From Lama guanicoe (taxonomy: Eukaryota): a stretch of DNA of 64,000 bases. Numbering within the stretch: the stretch's first letter is position 1; each line of letters begins with the position of its first letter. Made by a program: the position numbers and the translations under genes. The notes under the pieces are model-generated. The model was not told the DNA's origin. It did no database searches and saw only the letters and a program-made list of their open reading frames with translations. This document shows positions 50,236 through 63,884 of this stretch, one piece after another. The stretch lies in assembly GCA_013239625.1 (NCBI GenBank), contig MU053881.1, positions 11,026,873 through 11,090,872 on the forward strand, written 5' to 3'.

Positions 50236-52680
50236 ATAACATAATCTGGAAATTCCGTAAGTACTTCAATCCAGTACGTCAGCTGGTCAACAAGTATGGT
50301 GACAGTGATCAGATGTATGAAGGTAATCTCTGATTAGCGCAAAGACTCTGCGTGTGCTGTCTGGTGTTGGAGTACATGATGTACTTACGACGACTACAAA
50401 GTAATTACGGCTACAGATGTTGGATCAGTCATGCTGGAATCCCTAACATATCGTGAAAACTGGATTCCCCTTTAGTCTATTTCAAATATTTTCAAGGTCC
50501 TTGGGACACAGACTTTGGGTATTTTTAGGTTTTATGTGGGGGAGAATAAGAGAGAGTAAAAACTGGGACAGGGAAATAAGGAGAGAGTGACAAAAGTACA
50601 TGAACATCCCTCATGTAATGCAAACTTGGGGCAGACCAAGAGTTTAATTTTGTATTCCTGAAATCTGGATATGGAGGCCTGAATCATAGCAGAGCTGCAC
50701 ACTAAAAACTTCGTTTTGGTAAAGAAGTCTTTTGTGCAGATTTAAAGACATTGAACTTAGTTTGGGAAGAGGCATTGTCTTGTTGAGTCAGAGAGTCCTT
50801 ATCCTTTCAAGTAAACCAAGCTACACATAGGTTAGGAGTGCATTTTTCTTTCTGTCTCTTTGTGTTTGTTGAATGCCGGCATTCTTTCTCATAATTGCCC
50901 CCCCTTGCAAATCCAGATACTACGGCCATGTTCACAACAGAAAGTGGGTGGTAGGACAGAGAGGCAGCTATGTCTGCACTGATTTACCAGGAATTCCATT
51001 CCACTTCCCCCAGCAGACCTTCCTTTTAGGCTGATTAACTTCAAGTAGCCCTCAACACCACCTTCAGTTGCAAGGCAGAATGTCAAAGCAAGAAAACAGA
51101 ATTCTTACAGTTGAGTAACATCAGTCATCATCTGTTATCCACCAGAAACCAAAACATGGTATTCTAAGCAAGGTAGAAAGAACAAATAGATCTGGGGTGT
51201 GCAAACAGTGGAGTCTGCCACACTAAGCATATTAATAAAAGTGTCTAGGTAGTTCCTTATCTGAACATTTTGGTTAACACAAACTTCCTTTGCCACAATT
51301 TCACATACAGTCAGAAGAGAGTTAACATTATCTGCATGACCTAGATGAGCTCAGATAAAATAAAAACACCGATGGATGTGTTTTAATGGCTAGGCTAGTG
51401 CTTATTTGCATGTTGGTTTTTGAAAACGTAAAGGCTTTTTAATATAAAACCTGAGGCACTACTAGCGTGGGGCAAAAACACTTTGAATTTACTAGATGTT
51501 GAGTTTAGTATTATAGAAAAGTATCATACGGAACGGTGTGGAATTGGATATAGATGTTTACTTAATAAGATTTCAGTGTGTATAAATATATAAATAAATG
51601 TATATTTGTTATGCTATTATATTGTATTTGGAGTATCTTAGTTGCTGAGTTATCTTTTCTGGTCATGCTTTATTTTTATCACAGGCAGTTTTTCATATTG
51701 CCCTATTATCATAGGAATACTTCCTACAGAGAAAACGTGCTTAAGCCATTATGGTAAATGTATGGTAAGCACTATATCTCATGTTATGGCTTGCTGTATG
51801 ATTTATCCTATCAAGTGCGAAAACAAAGGATGAATTATGTCCTCTTTATATAATGTTTATTTTAAATTCTGTAAAGTGCATTGTATTTACTTCCTCGGAC
51901 TCTGTTTTCTTCCCATTATTTTCAATCATAGTAAATATTTGCACTTGTAGGCTGCCTGCAACTCCCATGTGCTGGAGAGTGAATAGATAAAAAGATGAAA
52001 TGATAGAGGAAGAACGAAATTTAGCATCCACCTCCATGCAAATGCAATGCACAGAAAAGACTCTGATTTATGTTTCTATTATGTGAAATGAGGATTTCAA
52101 TTCTAGCTTTTCACAACTTCAAGGAACTGCTGTTTACCAAGGCAGAGTCATGGGGCTCACAAAGCAGCTGTGTGGCTCTGTAACCATCTGAAGTCCAGCT
52201 GTGACTGTGGACTGTCAAGCATAGCAGGATGTAGGGAAACTTTCCGGAGACCGTTTCCGGTGTCTATGCTCAAATTCAGCCCAGGAAGGTTTTCTGAAAA
52301 ATTAGAGATGCTGACTCAGCTTGCTGCCTCCATGCTGTGCCGGCAAAATTTGTCTTTTTGAAAAATAACATTGGCTAAAAATGCCAGGTATAATTATCAC
52401 TTATAAATCAAGCCTAGGAAGTCCACTTTATTCACAGATATAAAATTAGAAGTATTTATATGTATCATTCACCTTCTTCAAGCTATCAGAACACCCCATG
52501 ACCTGGTGAGAAAAGAAGGTGAATGTTGAGAAGTTACCATTCTGATCCATGTATATAAATCACTGCTAGGCTAGATAAATGAAGGTGATCTGACTCTGAG
52601 AAAGTAAGTGTAATTACCTTCTGAAAGTCCCAAGTAAAAGCCATGTTTTCAGCAATGTTTAGACAATGGGGGAGGGTAAA

Positions 52681-53046
52681 CAATTTGCCTAAAACCAATC
52701 TGTGAAATGACCAATTCCCATCAAACTATCAAAAATATGTTAAATCTAGTCCAGAAATATGTTATAGCTGTTTATTGCCAGGGCATGAGCAGGGCCAAGG
52801 ACAGGTAAGGAGGCAGGAAGAGATCTGAGTGCAAATGCAAGGGCCAGGATGGCCTCAGGGGCAGGAAACGATGAATCGGCAGAGGGTTCTCAAGATTAAA
52901 GAGGAAAGTTTGTGTTTATGGAAAAGCGTCACCCATTCTTAGAAAATGTTCATAAATGAGGAAATGCTAGGTATAGAAAATCAGTCCTTCCCGTAAATTC
53001 AATATTTGGCAAGTTGATTTTCACTGAAATGGCTTTTGGCAAATTG
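52681..53046. mobile_element. Possible ancient MITE, family unassigned
   Basis: imperfect ~28 bp inverted repeats at 52681-52707 and 53019-53046, starting CAATTTGCC and ending GGCAAATTG. Confidence 0.4.
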
Positions 53047-54819
53047 ATGTTGGCTGAGTTCAATGGTGTCAAAAAACACTTAATACTTTGGATTAAACTT
53101 TTCTTTGGGAAAGCATGGGAAATATTCCTTGCAGTAGCATGAATGACGTTAATCTAATCCAATCAACAGCTGGCTCTGCACTAGAAGAGAGGGTGGGAGG
53201 TCAAGCTGACCTGGGAGGAAGGGAAGGGATATTTGATTTCAGGGCTTCTACAGGTGGCGACTGATTGTGAATAACAAAAAAAGGTAGAGAACAAACTAAA
53301 CGTCTGGTAATAGGGCAATAATATACGGAATACAGATTTAGGCACTTATGTGATAATGAGTATTTATCAACACAGAAAGATACACTATATAATAGACTGT
53401 GAGAGCAGAAATGATCTGATTGGCTCATTATTAAACTTAGCACAGTACCTAGCATAAAGGAAAATAAATCAAATTACCATAGATAATATGAAATACCACT
53501 TTTTTTTAATTGAAAGGAAATTTCCTAAGGTTTTTAACAGGGCTAAGTATTTTTAAGTATTTATCTATAATTTCTACCTTACAGCGATGAACACATTTTA
53601 ATCTTTAGAGAAAAAATAAAATTCAACTAATGGAATTCCACTGTCCTGAAACAGTTTGCAAATGTCTTCTTGTTTTTTGGTATCCTTGAATTCAGATTGT
53701 ATAGGTGATCCTTTTTTGCCATTTGGCTAATATATTCCATTGGACATAGTGACCAATCATGACTCCCTACCCCAACACCACAAGAAAAAAAAAAGCTCCA
53801 TATAGTCATCCTGTAACTGATACTTAAGAAGAGGTATGTTGTATGTAGCATTCTGCTTAGATCTGCTGAAAGCATGCAGAACAAGATGGCCTCCGTTACC
53901 TTCTGCTTTCATATTTATTTTATACATTTATATATATTATATATATATTGCTGTGGAAAGGCCACCAAAGTGGGTACTGCATATTAGATAAGTGGTGACT
54001 ATCAATAAGTTAGGAAACAGAAGCTTTGCTCAAAGAATCCTTTCGGACAGGAGGTGAGAATACAGTAGTTTAAGGTGCTGGAAAATACCCCTTATAAAAT
54101 AATAGTTACTCAGAAATCATCGTTAGCATGTGGATTTTGGTACAGAGGTTCATTCATACTTAAAAATGGTTTGTTACACTTATTCTTTACCCAATCTCAG
54201 CTTCTAAATGTGTCTGCAGGTTTCTTAGGTAAAATTTGGTTTAGTAGAAATCTTAATTTGGTTGGAATGCTTTCCTTAGTTCCAAAGTATTAAGATATTC
54301 TCCTAAGTGATTTTATTGTGAAATAATAAAATCCCTTCCCGCTCTAACCTTTATCTTTGTTCAAGGGAAGAATATTTATATATTGCCACCTTTTCACACA
54401 CAGTGATTATTTAAAGAAAGACGTTTGCATAAGAATCCATCTGGTTCAAGTGTATAGGAATATTTCCTTTCCTCACATAGGTTCTTTTTTTTTTTTTGAA
54501 AAAAATTATCCATAAGGGGAAAAAAAAGATAGATGTTTCTATTAGAAAAGAACCTCTGGGCTTGGTCTGGAGGTAGGAGAGTGAGAAATGGAACGAGTGA
54601 TGTTCTACATAATAATGCAAAGACTTCTATCAAGCATCAACGGGAAACTAAGTTTGAAGTGACAAAGTGCGCCCTCCATTATTCTCCCAGGAAATAAGCT
54701 GAGGACCTGGTGGCCTCATAAATGCTTGTGTGAGTGAAAGAACCAACTCTAGGGCAACAGCAGTCCTTGAAGGAAAGGAGTGAAGATGTTCACTCTGAAG
54801 GATTAAAGGCAAAAGCCCC

Positions 54820-55062
54820 AAATTACCTTCTCCATTATTATGATCTTTTCCTTTTGTTCATCTTATTTTCTTCATAGTATTCGTCCTTATAGAAAAAAAT
54901 ATGGATTGCTTATTTCTTGTTCATTGTTTGTCCCCTCCCTGAATTAAAATGTAAGCTTTGTGGAAATAAGGGTTCTGTCTAGGCTCATTGTTGATCTATC
55001 CCTTTCCCTCTAAAGGTGCTTGGAACAAAGTAGTTGCTCAATAAATGTTTTCCATTTGAATG
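54820..55062 (+). mobile_element. L2a-like 3' end
   Basis: cattgtttgtcccctccc...taaaatgtaagctttgtggaaataaggg...gtgcttggaacaaagtagttgctcaataaatg. Confidence 0.75.
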
Positions 55063-55739
55063 TAGGAATAAGTAATACTATGAAGGGTTAAGAAATAGGG
55101 CGATTAAGACTTGCCGAGGTCAGAGCCATCATTCACCTCTTAGACATCTTACAGAGCTGGAGGACCTTAGTGTGACAACTGGTGTAAGGAGAAGAGTGTT
55201 CTAGTAGAGATGAGAGCAGTTAGGAGGAGAAAGGGGTACAAGAAAGCAACTGTGGTTTTGGGAGACTCAGATACAGATGTTGGAAATCAGTCCAGAGGAA
55301 GAAGGTTTATCAAGTAGAAGAAATGGATTCCTGATTTACTTTGAGAAGAGATGAGCTGCTCAACTTACCATCAGTTCTCATAGGACCTAACTTTCAATTT
55401 CTGAGTTCTAAAGAAAGATTATCCAATCCGTATTTCCTGAACTGTGTCTAAGCTCTGTTTTTATGGCATGGCAATTGTAGTTTGCAAAGTACATCTGTAT
55501 AATCCTAAGCATTTCTTGGCTTGCAGTCTGGAAAATGTCAGTGGCTTAAATCTCATGGGAAATGTGTTAAACGTTTTAATTAGATACCATTCTGCTTCTG
55601 TCTCTTGTTTTCTGGAGAAACATGGCTCCTGTTACCATCTACCTCCTGAGAGAATTCTACAGACAGGATGTAGAAGACATAGGTCACTCCAACATTGCTC
55701 TGACTGTGTTTGTGAATGCGGTCTGTATCTATGTAAAAA

Positions 55740-55845
55740 GCATGTGTGTTTACAGTGAACAATATTGGGGTGTGCGTATATGTGTGTGTACAGTGTGTGT
55801 ATGTAAACACCATATGTATGTGTGTGTGCATTATATATATACATC
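55740..55845. repeat. Degenerate TG/TA-rich low-complexity tract
   Basis: directly visible. Confidence 0.8.
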
Positions 55846-56489
55846 TTCCCTGACTTAGGATAAAAATTCTGGTAGAATGAGTTGTTGAAAGGCCATCATG
55901 ATTTGTTATACAGTAGCAACCCCAGCTGTCTTCTAGTTTTAAATTTCAGATAGTAATAAGATCCAGAAAGCAGTGAGCATTTCATTCAGTGGGTGTTCTG
56001 AATATTAATTGTTCATTAGAAAAGACCAACTGAAGGATAAGAGATCATATGTTCATGACACACAGTAAGAGACATCAAAGTGACTTGGACTGAGAAAAGA
56101 CCACAGTAAGCTGTAAAATAAAGACCTTGCAAAATGTCATTCTAGATTGAATAACTCAGACATTGGGAAATATATCACATTGCACTCGGTAAAAAAAGAG
56201 ACCAAAGGTATAAGTACTTGCTTACATTTGTAATATGATTAAAAATTATAATGAAATATAAGCACTTTGGGCTTGCTATGCAGTGACCTCCAGTAAAGCC
56301 ACCAAATGCATTCCTGAAATGTGTTAAGGAAAATAGAGAATGAGATTCACATACAGTAATGTGGCATTACTAGAACATTGTATTTGTGAGAAATATACTT
56401 GAGTCTTTTATGAATAGTCCTAAAAGGTTTTTTTTAAGGACTTATATCAAATATATCCAGGATGGCTCATCATCAGTAGGATCTATGAT

Positions 56490-57104
56490 AATGGACTAGA
56501 GTGTATCCAATAACCCCACTGACATCTCCATTCAGATATTTAACAGATATGCCAAATGTGGTATGTCCAAAGGGGATAAAAAATAAAACCTCTTGTACCT
56601 TATATTTAGCCTCAAGCCTTGTTTTTCCAGTCTTTGAAATCTCAGTAAATGTGAATGTTACCTACCTAATTGGTCAAACCAAAAATGGCAGTATCATCCT
56701 TATCCCTTTGTTTTCCCCTTCCCTTTTATCCATTGGCAAATCATTTTGATCCTACCTCTTAAAATGTTTTTTTTTCTGTCTGCAACAGATATTTGTTTAA
56801 AACCTCAACAAATACCTTAAATTCCCACAATTCATTTTCCATATAGCTGTCCAATACTCTGTTTGAAATGTAAATCAGATAATATCCACATCCTGATCAA
56901 AATCCTCAAGAGATTTCTCACACTTACTAGAATAAAATCCAAGCCCCTTACCACTTATGATATTGCCCTAGTCCATAATCTCCAGCTGTACCCCCTCCTC
57001 CAGTTTCCACCACTCATTGTCCTCTGGATACCTTTTGAAATCCTGTTTCTTAAACAGGCCAAGACAGGGAGGTTGCATTTAAAGTGGTCTCTCCTACTGA
57101 ATGC
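56490..57104 (+). mobile_element. L2 ORF2 3' portion
   Basis: gacatctccattcagatatttaacag...atctcagtaaatg...aaatgtaaatcagataatatc...tagaataaaatccaagcccctta. Confidence 0.8.
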
Positions 57105-57119
57105 AAGTACACGTCTTGG

Positions 57120-58700
57120 AAGGAATACAGACATCTGAGGACTCAGAAAAATAAATGGTAGCAGGTGGACTGAGAAATGAGAGCAGAATTCGAAGTACCA
57201 CTAAACTGGTCGTGAATTTACCATTTTCCCGTCCTGTATTGCTTAGCTTGACCTCGACTCAAAGGGAGCACAAAACTGCATACTAAAGACAGAAAGAGCT
57301 CCAGGAGTGCTAAAGAACTGGAAAGAGGACTCCTGAAAGGCAGAGAAAGTGGGAGAATTCCTTGCAGTCATATTCTTTCTCTTTTCCCTTGTCTCTTGCC
57401 CCCTGTAGCCTGCAGGGAACTCTACAGCAGCCATGGTGGCTGAGCAGGCACCTGAAACTCCGAGGGATGGAAACTTTCTCAACAGAGCAGCCGTGAGCCG
57501 AAGAACATGGGGATGAGTCTGTTGCTTCTTCTTCTTCTTGTTACATTTTCACTACCTGCCTCCAAATTCAGACCCAGTTGTGGGAAGGGCATGGAAGAGC
57601 AGGTAAACTGTAGTCCAAGCTCTCTGACCAGAGGATCTGGAAAGGAGACTGGAGGGAACTGGGAAGTTTCAGGGAGTTTGCAGAGAGGAGGGAAGTGAAG
57701 GGAGAGAGAGACTAATCCCATAAAATTGTGTATGAACTCCTGTGCTCACCTCTCATCTGAACATGTAGGGATCTGACCCTAAATAGGATATCAAAGTCTT
57801 TTAAACTGACTGCGATGTAGACCAGGCCCAGAATGGCTGCTAGAAAGTGAACACACCAAGTGATGCAAATAACACTGCAAACACTTTAAAAACTGCACTG
57901 ACATTGAAACTACAATCCAAACAAAGGAGATCAGAACTATTCGTTTAAACCTGAAAGAAGAAAACCAACCATCTTCTTACGATTTAAATAAAAGTCAGAG
58001 TCTCATAACACAATATTCAAAATGTCTAGGATACAATCCAAAATTACTTGGCATATAAAGAATAATGGAAATCTTAACACTTTAAAAAAAACAATCAATA
58101 TATACCAAAACTAAAATAGCAGATTCTTATCAGAAAAAGACATCAAAGCAGCTATTATAGCCATGCTTTAATAGGCAAGCCAAACACTCATGTGATGAAG
58201 AGAAATGAACAGAACGACTGAAAGTCTCAATAAAGAGTTAAAATACAGAAAGACAAGTGAAATGGAAATTTTTTGACTAAATAATACAATAATCAAAATA
58301 GGAAATTCACTAGATGATCTAAATAGAAGAATGGAGATGAAAGAGCAAAGAAGCAGGTAATTTCAAGATAGATCAAGAGAAATTAAGCATTCTGAAAAAG
58401 AGAGAGGAAAAGAGATTTTAAAAAAATAAGGGGGTGAGAAGGGACAAATTGGGAGTTCGAGATTTGCAGATACTAACTACTGTATATAAAATAGATAAAC
58501 AACAAGGTTCTGCTGTATAACATAGGAAACTATATTCAATATCTTATAGTGACCCTATAATGAAAACAAATATGAAAATGAATATGTGGATGACTGAAAT
58601 ATTATGCTGTACAGCAGAAACTGACACATTATAAACTGGTGATATTTCAATAAATAAATAAACAGCCTCAGCAACCTCTAGGACAATACCAAAAGGTATG
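57120..58700 (+). mobile_element. Old L1 (L1MC/MD-type) 5' UTR and decayed ORF1
   Basis: aaaatgtctaggatacaatccaaaattacttggcata...aaagcagctattata...aaattcactagatgatctaaatagaagaatggagatg...gatagatcaagagaaatta...cagcctcagcaacctctaggacaataccaaaagg. Confidence 0.75.
58430..58662 (+). mobile_element. Young L1 3' end, camelid-like, inserted in the old L1 ORF1
   Basis: gggacaaattgggagttcgagatttgcagatactaactactgtatataaaatagataaacaacaag...tattatgctgtacagcagaaactgacac...caataaataaataaa; inserted at a TTTT|AAAAAAA site. Confidence 0.88.
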
Positions 58701-60173
58701 CTGTTTATATGTATTTACATGCAATATAATGTGTACACACAGGCAAACTGTAATAATTCTACATAATGAAACTGAATAAGGAGAGAAAAAAAGCACTTTT
58801 GATAAGCTGTTTTGGGGTGGGGGGATTTTTGCTTCTATTTTTTTTCTTTCACGCTCCTTGTATACAGGCTCCTAGAAAGAGTCTACCTCATCGTCTGCAG
58901 CTCTGCACACATTGCCTGGCAAACTGTAGGCTCTAAATAATTGTTGAATAAAGAAATAACGGACTGACTCAAACACATGACCTCTACCTTAGTAACAGGC
59001 CCACCTTATCATGCTGTAAGAATCAAACCAGACAAACCAAAGAAAGCACACATCACAGAGCTCCTAAGGGAGCACTGGTAAGTGCAAACAGTTGATACTG
59101 TCATTATTACTTAGCATCCAGAGCAGTGTAAATTGTGTTTTTCAAAGTAAGTTACTGTCTTTTTGCATGGGCCATGAATTAAACTATTGCCAAGTGTCTG
59201 GCCCCAGCGAACTTCCACGTGGTACTGAGGCCAAAGTTCCCTGCACCATGAAAGGAGACAGATGGCGAATGGGAAAGGTAAACAAAATCATTAAATAATG
59301 TTCTTTCTGCTGCTTCAAACTCTGTAGTATGCTATTTCTATGCTTTTAGTGATCACTTATGAGCAATGGAAGCCGAGTGAATTCTGATAAGTATTTCAGA
59401 AGTGTGGCATTATTATTATTATTACCAATAGTCATGATAGCAACAAGGACTCTTCAAGCACACATCTTATAATTTTTTTTCTCCCACCTAAGGAATGCAG
59501 ATGTGAGTGCTCCTGCAATTTGAAAGGATAAGTTTAAGTAAAATATGCGGAGAATGGAAATTTACATTAAACAGTCAAAGATATCAAGAGAACATTTAGC
59601 TCCAAGAGGAATATCCCCATTCAGGATTTTATTTAACATTTGTTATTGGAAATAAAAAGTCACCTGTGTACATTTGGGCCAAAACTTCTAACTGGTAATT
59701 CACAATATAAAATCATCAACTCTATCTATGCGATTTCTTTTTAAAAAAAGAAAGACTAGGAGAATTTAAACCAAAAAGTTAAGGATTGTTAACTCAGATT
59801 TGAGGAATGAAAGATAGATTTTATTTTTCAAATTTTTGTGCTATTCATTTTTTCTATAATGTATATATTTAGAAAAACATAAAAAAAACACTTGCAAGTA
59901 TAATAAGGAATTGTAAACTTGTTTTTTTTTAAGAGTGCAAATAAGATGGGTACCAGGTCCCGTCCTCAGAAGCCAACCCTAGGGAAACTACAAAAGTAAT
60001 TCATAGGAAGTAACAACCAAAACAATATAAAAATTATTAAAAATTAAAATAAACAAAAGTAAGTAAATATAAATTAGCACTAGGTAGAAAAAAAGCAATT
60101 GTGAAAGAGAATGTGTGTGTTCTGGTTGGGGAAAGGGAAGACTGGAGCCTGAGTGAAAAAGGACCTATTTAAG

Positions 60174-60412
60174 ACCATGATTTTCAAAGTGTGATCTCTG
60201 GGCCTGCAGCATCAGAATCACCCATGGACGAAGGCCCTGTGAGGACAGTGACAGACCCTCTGAAGGCCTGGAAGAGAGCTCTCATCAGAAGCTGACTCAG
60301 CCAGACCTCTCGCCTTGGACTTTTAGCCTCTAGAACTAAAAAAATGAATTTCCGATCTTGAAGTCACCCAGTCTATGGCATTTTGCTAAGGCCACCTGAG
60401 CTCACAAATACA
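60174..60412. mobile_element. MER5A fragment (60174-60222) joined to the 3' half of an MLT1A-like LTR (60225-60412, +)
   Basis: ttttcaaagtgtgatctctgggcctgcagcatcagaatcacc; then ccttggacttttagcctctagaact...aagtcacccagtctatggcattttg. Confidence 0.75.
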
Positions 60413-61285
60413 CAAATGTGACAGAATGATTAAAGATCTCATAAATAAGCCAATGATAGGGTACTAATTAGGAGACAGAATACAAAATCAATATAAAGAC
60501 ACATTTTGGTGACACTGAAGAGTATCAGAGACAAAGTAATTCTAAAACCTCTCACACAGAAAGGTGAGACCACCTGATTGGCATCAGAACTGTTAATATT
60601 AGCACTGGACACAGAAAAAAAAATAGTAAACATTTTTAAAGTATTGATGAAAAACACATTATAGATTTCATACATCTAGCAAATCAACAGAAAACAATAT
60701 ATGTGGAAATCGGTGTACAGGACAACCATCAAGACACAGTGTTTATAACTTCTAAATCAATAGATGATAAATCCAGAAAATGGGAGAAAAGAAAAAAAAA
60801 TCAGAAACTGTAGCACATTGAAATACAAGATAAGATGGAATAATAAACTGTAGCTATAAATAGTAATTATATTACTATTATAATTTATCTGGGAGAAGAA
60901 GCAATACATTTATAAACAGCTAAAGTTTAAATAATGGAGAGTCAAGTAAGTGTTCTGAATTCAATCAGGAAAAGATACTGGGACATGACCACATGAAAAA
61001 TTAAAGTGGAATGGCATTTTCCATCACATAGAAATATAATGCTAACAAAACCAAGTTTTTTTTACTTCTATTTACCAAAGAATCAGTGAGACTAAGCAAT
61101 TTTATAAAATATGATTAGCAGTTAGCTTAAAGTAATAGTATTCTGTCACTTTCTAGAACACTCCACTCAGTTACCACGAGGCTATTTATACGAGAACTTT
61201 ACACAAGTTATATTCTTTTTAAAGATGCATAATCATGTGTCTCTAGTCTATTAAGTGACTTCATGTCAAAAAGTGACACAAGCCC

Positions 61286-61395
61286 TCATTCATTCATTAA
61301 TTCGAGAAGTGCTTAATATTCTAGGCACTGTCTTAAATGCTGGAAGTACAAGGGTGAACAAGACAGATAAGCTCCCTTCACTGACGGAACCTACC
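61286..61395 (-). mobile_element. L2 3' end
   Basis: cattcattcattaattc...ctaggcactgtcttaaatgctggaagtacaagggtgaacaagacaga. Confidence 0.8.
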
Positions 61396-62549
61396 AAGGT
61401 GATACAAATGAAATTTGATGTCAATTATAATCTATAAGAACGAAGGTTATTATTTGCTCTGAGCTTGCTTATCAGAAAACACACTTGTACAAACCAAACT
61501 AAAATAAACCAAAACTTCTTTTTTCAGCATAAGGTTAAGATAATGGTGTATTAGCAAAACATTACAATTTTGGTTTTTTTAAAAAATGGTATCCCTTCTT
61601 ACTGCTAAGTACTTTCACGAAAACAGAACCATTTTCATACGAATCAATAAGATTCCATTGAGAACCAACCAACCAACCACCTTCCTAAAGTTATATATTG
61701 TGGAGATTTAAATATAAATATGTAAAAATAAATACAAACATAAACACAATAACCTGTGCCTTTGAGGATCCCATTATGCAGGTAAAGAATCACTAATTTA
61801 TAGAATATAAGTCAGAGAAAAAACATTGACTGTGCACTGCTTTTAATTGGCAAATCAGTATAGGTATACTTTCAAAAAGTGTAATTTTGAAATTTGTGTC
61901 TACTAAGTACTTTTTAAAGCTCAGTTGAAGAAGATACTTTTTTGGACAATATCTTAAAGATACGTTTTTCATCACTTCTCTAAATCAAAAAAAAAATTTC
62001 CTTGACACATATCATTCTGGGGACCCATATATGTAGCACTGATTTACTAAACTGTGTTTGGTTTGATGCTGTCAACTCTGCACTATGAACAGATTAATGG
62101 AATTCACTCATTGTTTAAAGATGTTCTCCTAAAAATGCAGGGAATAAATTTATTTTTAGTGTTAAGAAATATTCTGACTGGGTAAATAAGGGGTGTGTGG
62201 GTATTTGTGTTTGCGTACGGGCTGATTTTAATGATCCTTTAAACTTAACAACTAATTATATTACAGCATACTTCCTTCTCACACTATCAGACAGCTTATG
62301 GCCATATTTGTGCTCCATTATTAAATGGAATATTTTTCTTCACTGCATGTAATTTGATACTAAACTCACATATGTCTCTGCTTTACTTGGACTGATTTTT
62401 TTCTTCACTGTTTTCATTATTTTTAAACTGATTTTATGTATTATGTTATATAAATATTTTTATGCCAATTTAAATCTAATACAGAAGGAGGCAATATGTA
62501 ATTAAAGTATTAAAATACAAAAAATTAAATGCTCATGAACACTATAAAT

Positions 62550-63670
62550 TTTCAGTAAATTTTGGATTGATCAAATATTTAGATGTAAAAGTGAAACTAT
62601 ACAAATAGAAGAAGCTTTTATGATATTTAAATAGATTCAGAGTACAGAGGTTCTTTCTATTACATCTCAAAACCTAAGCAATTAAAAGTAAATTAAGAAA
62701 TTTACTCATAGAATAGAAAGAAATTTCCACATGGGGGGAAAAACACCACATGCAATACAAGGCAAAAGAAACATATTGTTAATATATAAAATAAACTTTG
62801 AAACCAATAGGTTAAAAATTAACAATCCAATAGGGAAGTGAGTGAAGGATATGAACAAACAGTATACAAATGATGGAATACAAGTGGTCCTTAAGGATAA
62901 GAAAAGGTGTTCCACCTCATTCTCAGAGAAAATGGATATTTAGCACCACAGTGAAGTCCTTTTTTTTTCACCTGTCACATTGACAGTCATTAAAATGTTG
63001 CTCATATGCTGTGTTGGAAAGAGAGAGAGAAAAAAAAAAGACTCGCATATTGTTGGTGGGAGTGTCAAGTCATCCGATCTCTCTGGAGGGTAACCTGGTA
63101 TTAATGACCAAAATGAGAGACACACTATATCTTGGAAGTAGCACATCCATTCCAAATTCTGAGTCTACAGATATTCTCACACATGTGATACTGCGTCGAA
63201 TCGGCAAATACATAGATTAACATACTGCAACGGGGACCAGTTCCATGGAGTATGCCCTGCTCACAAAATGGAATATTGTGCCATTGTTAAAGAAAAGGAA
63301 ACAGAATTACATGTTCTGAGGCAGAGAGGTTTTAATATGTATTATCAGATATTTTAAAAAGCAATATTCATAAGAGTTTGTGTAGTGCCTTATCTTTTGT
63401 AAGGTAAGAGGGAAATAGAGGAAAGAAGATGTTGAAGGAAAAACCGTGTCTGTTTGTGAACGCATTCTCTCTCTCTAAAGGAGATATGACATGCTAGTTA
63501 TACTGTTTGCCTCTGGGGAAGGCAGTGAAGACAGCCGAGTGGCTGGGAATTAGCGTAAAGAGAGAGTGGGTTTTTTTTTTTTACACACTATATATGTTTC
63601 CTGTGTTTTGAATTTTGTATCATTGGCTTATATTATTCATCCATCCTCCCCCTCTCACCAAAAAAGAAAA
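62550..63670 (+). mobile_element. L1ME-like ORF2 end and 3' UTR
   Basis: acaatccaatagggaagtgagtgaaggatatgaacaaacag...catattgttggtgggagtgt...tggagggtaacctgg...tggaatattgtgccattgttaaa...tttgcctctggggaagg. Confidence 0.8.
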
Positions 63671-63721
63671 GTGAGTATTACTGGTGGGGCAGAAATCAGA
63701 TGCCAGAATTATCAACCACGG

Positions 63722-63884
63722 CCACAGAATTAGAATCACAAGGGATTAAAAAAAAAAATACACTCACCCAAGTTTTGCCCCAGATGGTTAAATCATACTA
63801 CAGAATACCTGCATTGGGGTCTGATTTTACATGTATATTCATTCCCTGGGGATTCTAATATGTAAGTTGATTTGAGAATCACCA
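63722..63884. mobile_element. MER5-like MITE
   Basis: ttagaatcacaagggattaaaaaaaaaatac...tccctggggattctaatatgtaag...ttgagaatcacca. Confidence 0.6.

Noticed and set aside
57507..57698. ORF with a signal-peptide-like N-terminus (MGMSLLLLLLLVTFSLPA)
   Set aside because: The poly-Leu comes from a short (CTT)n run inside an old L1 5'UTR; there is no other support.
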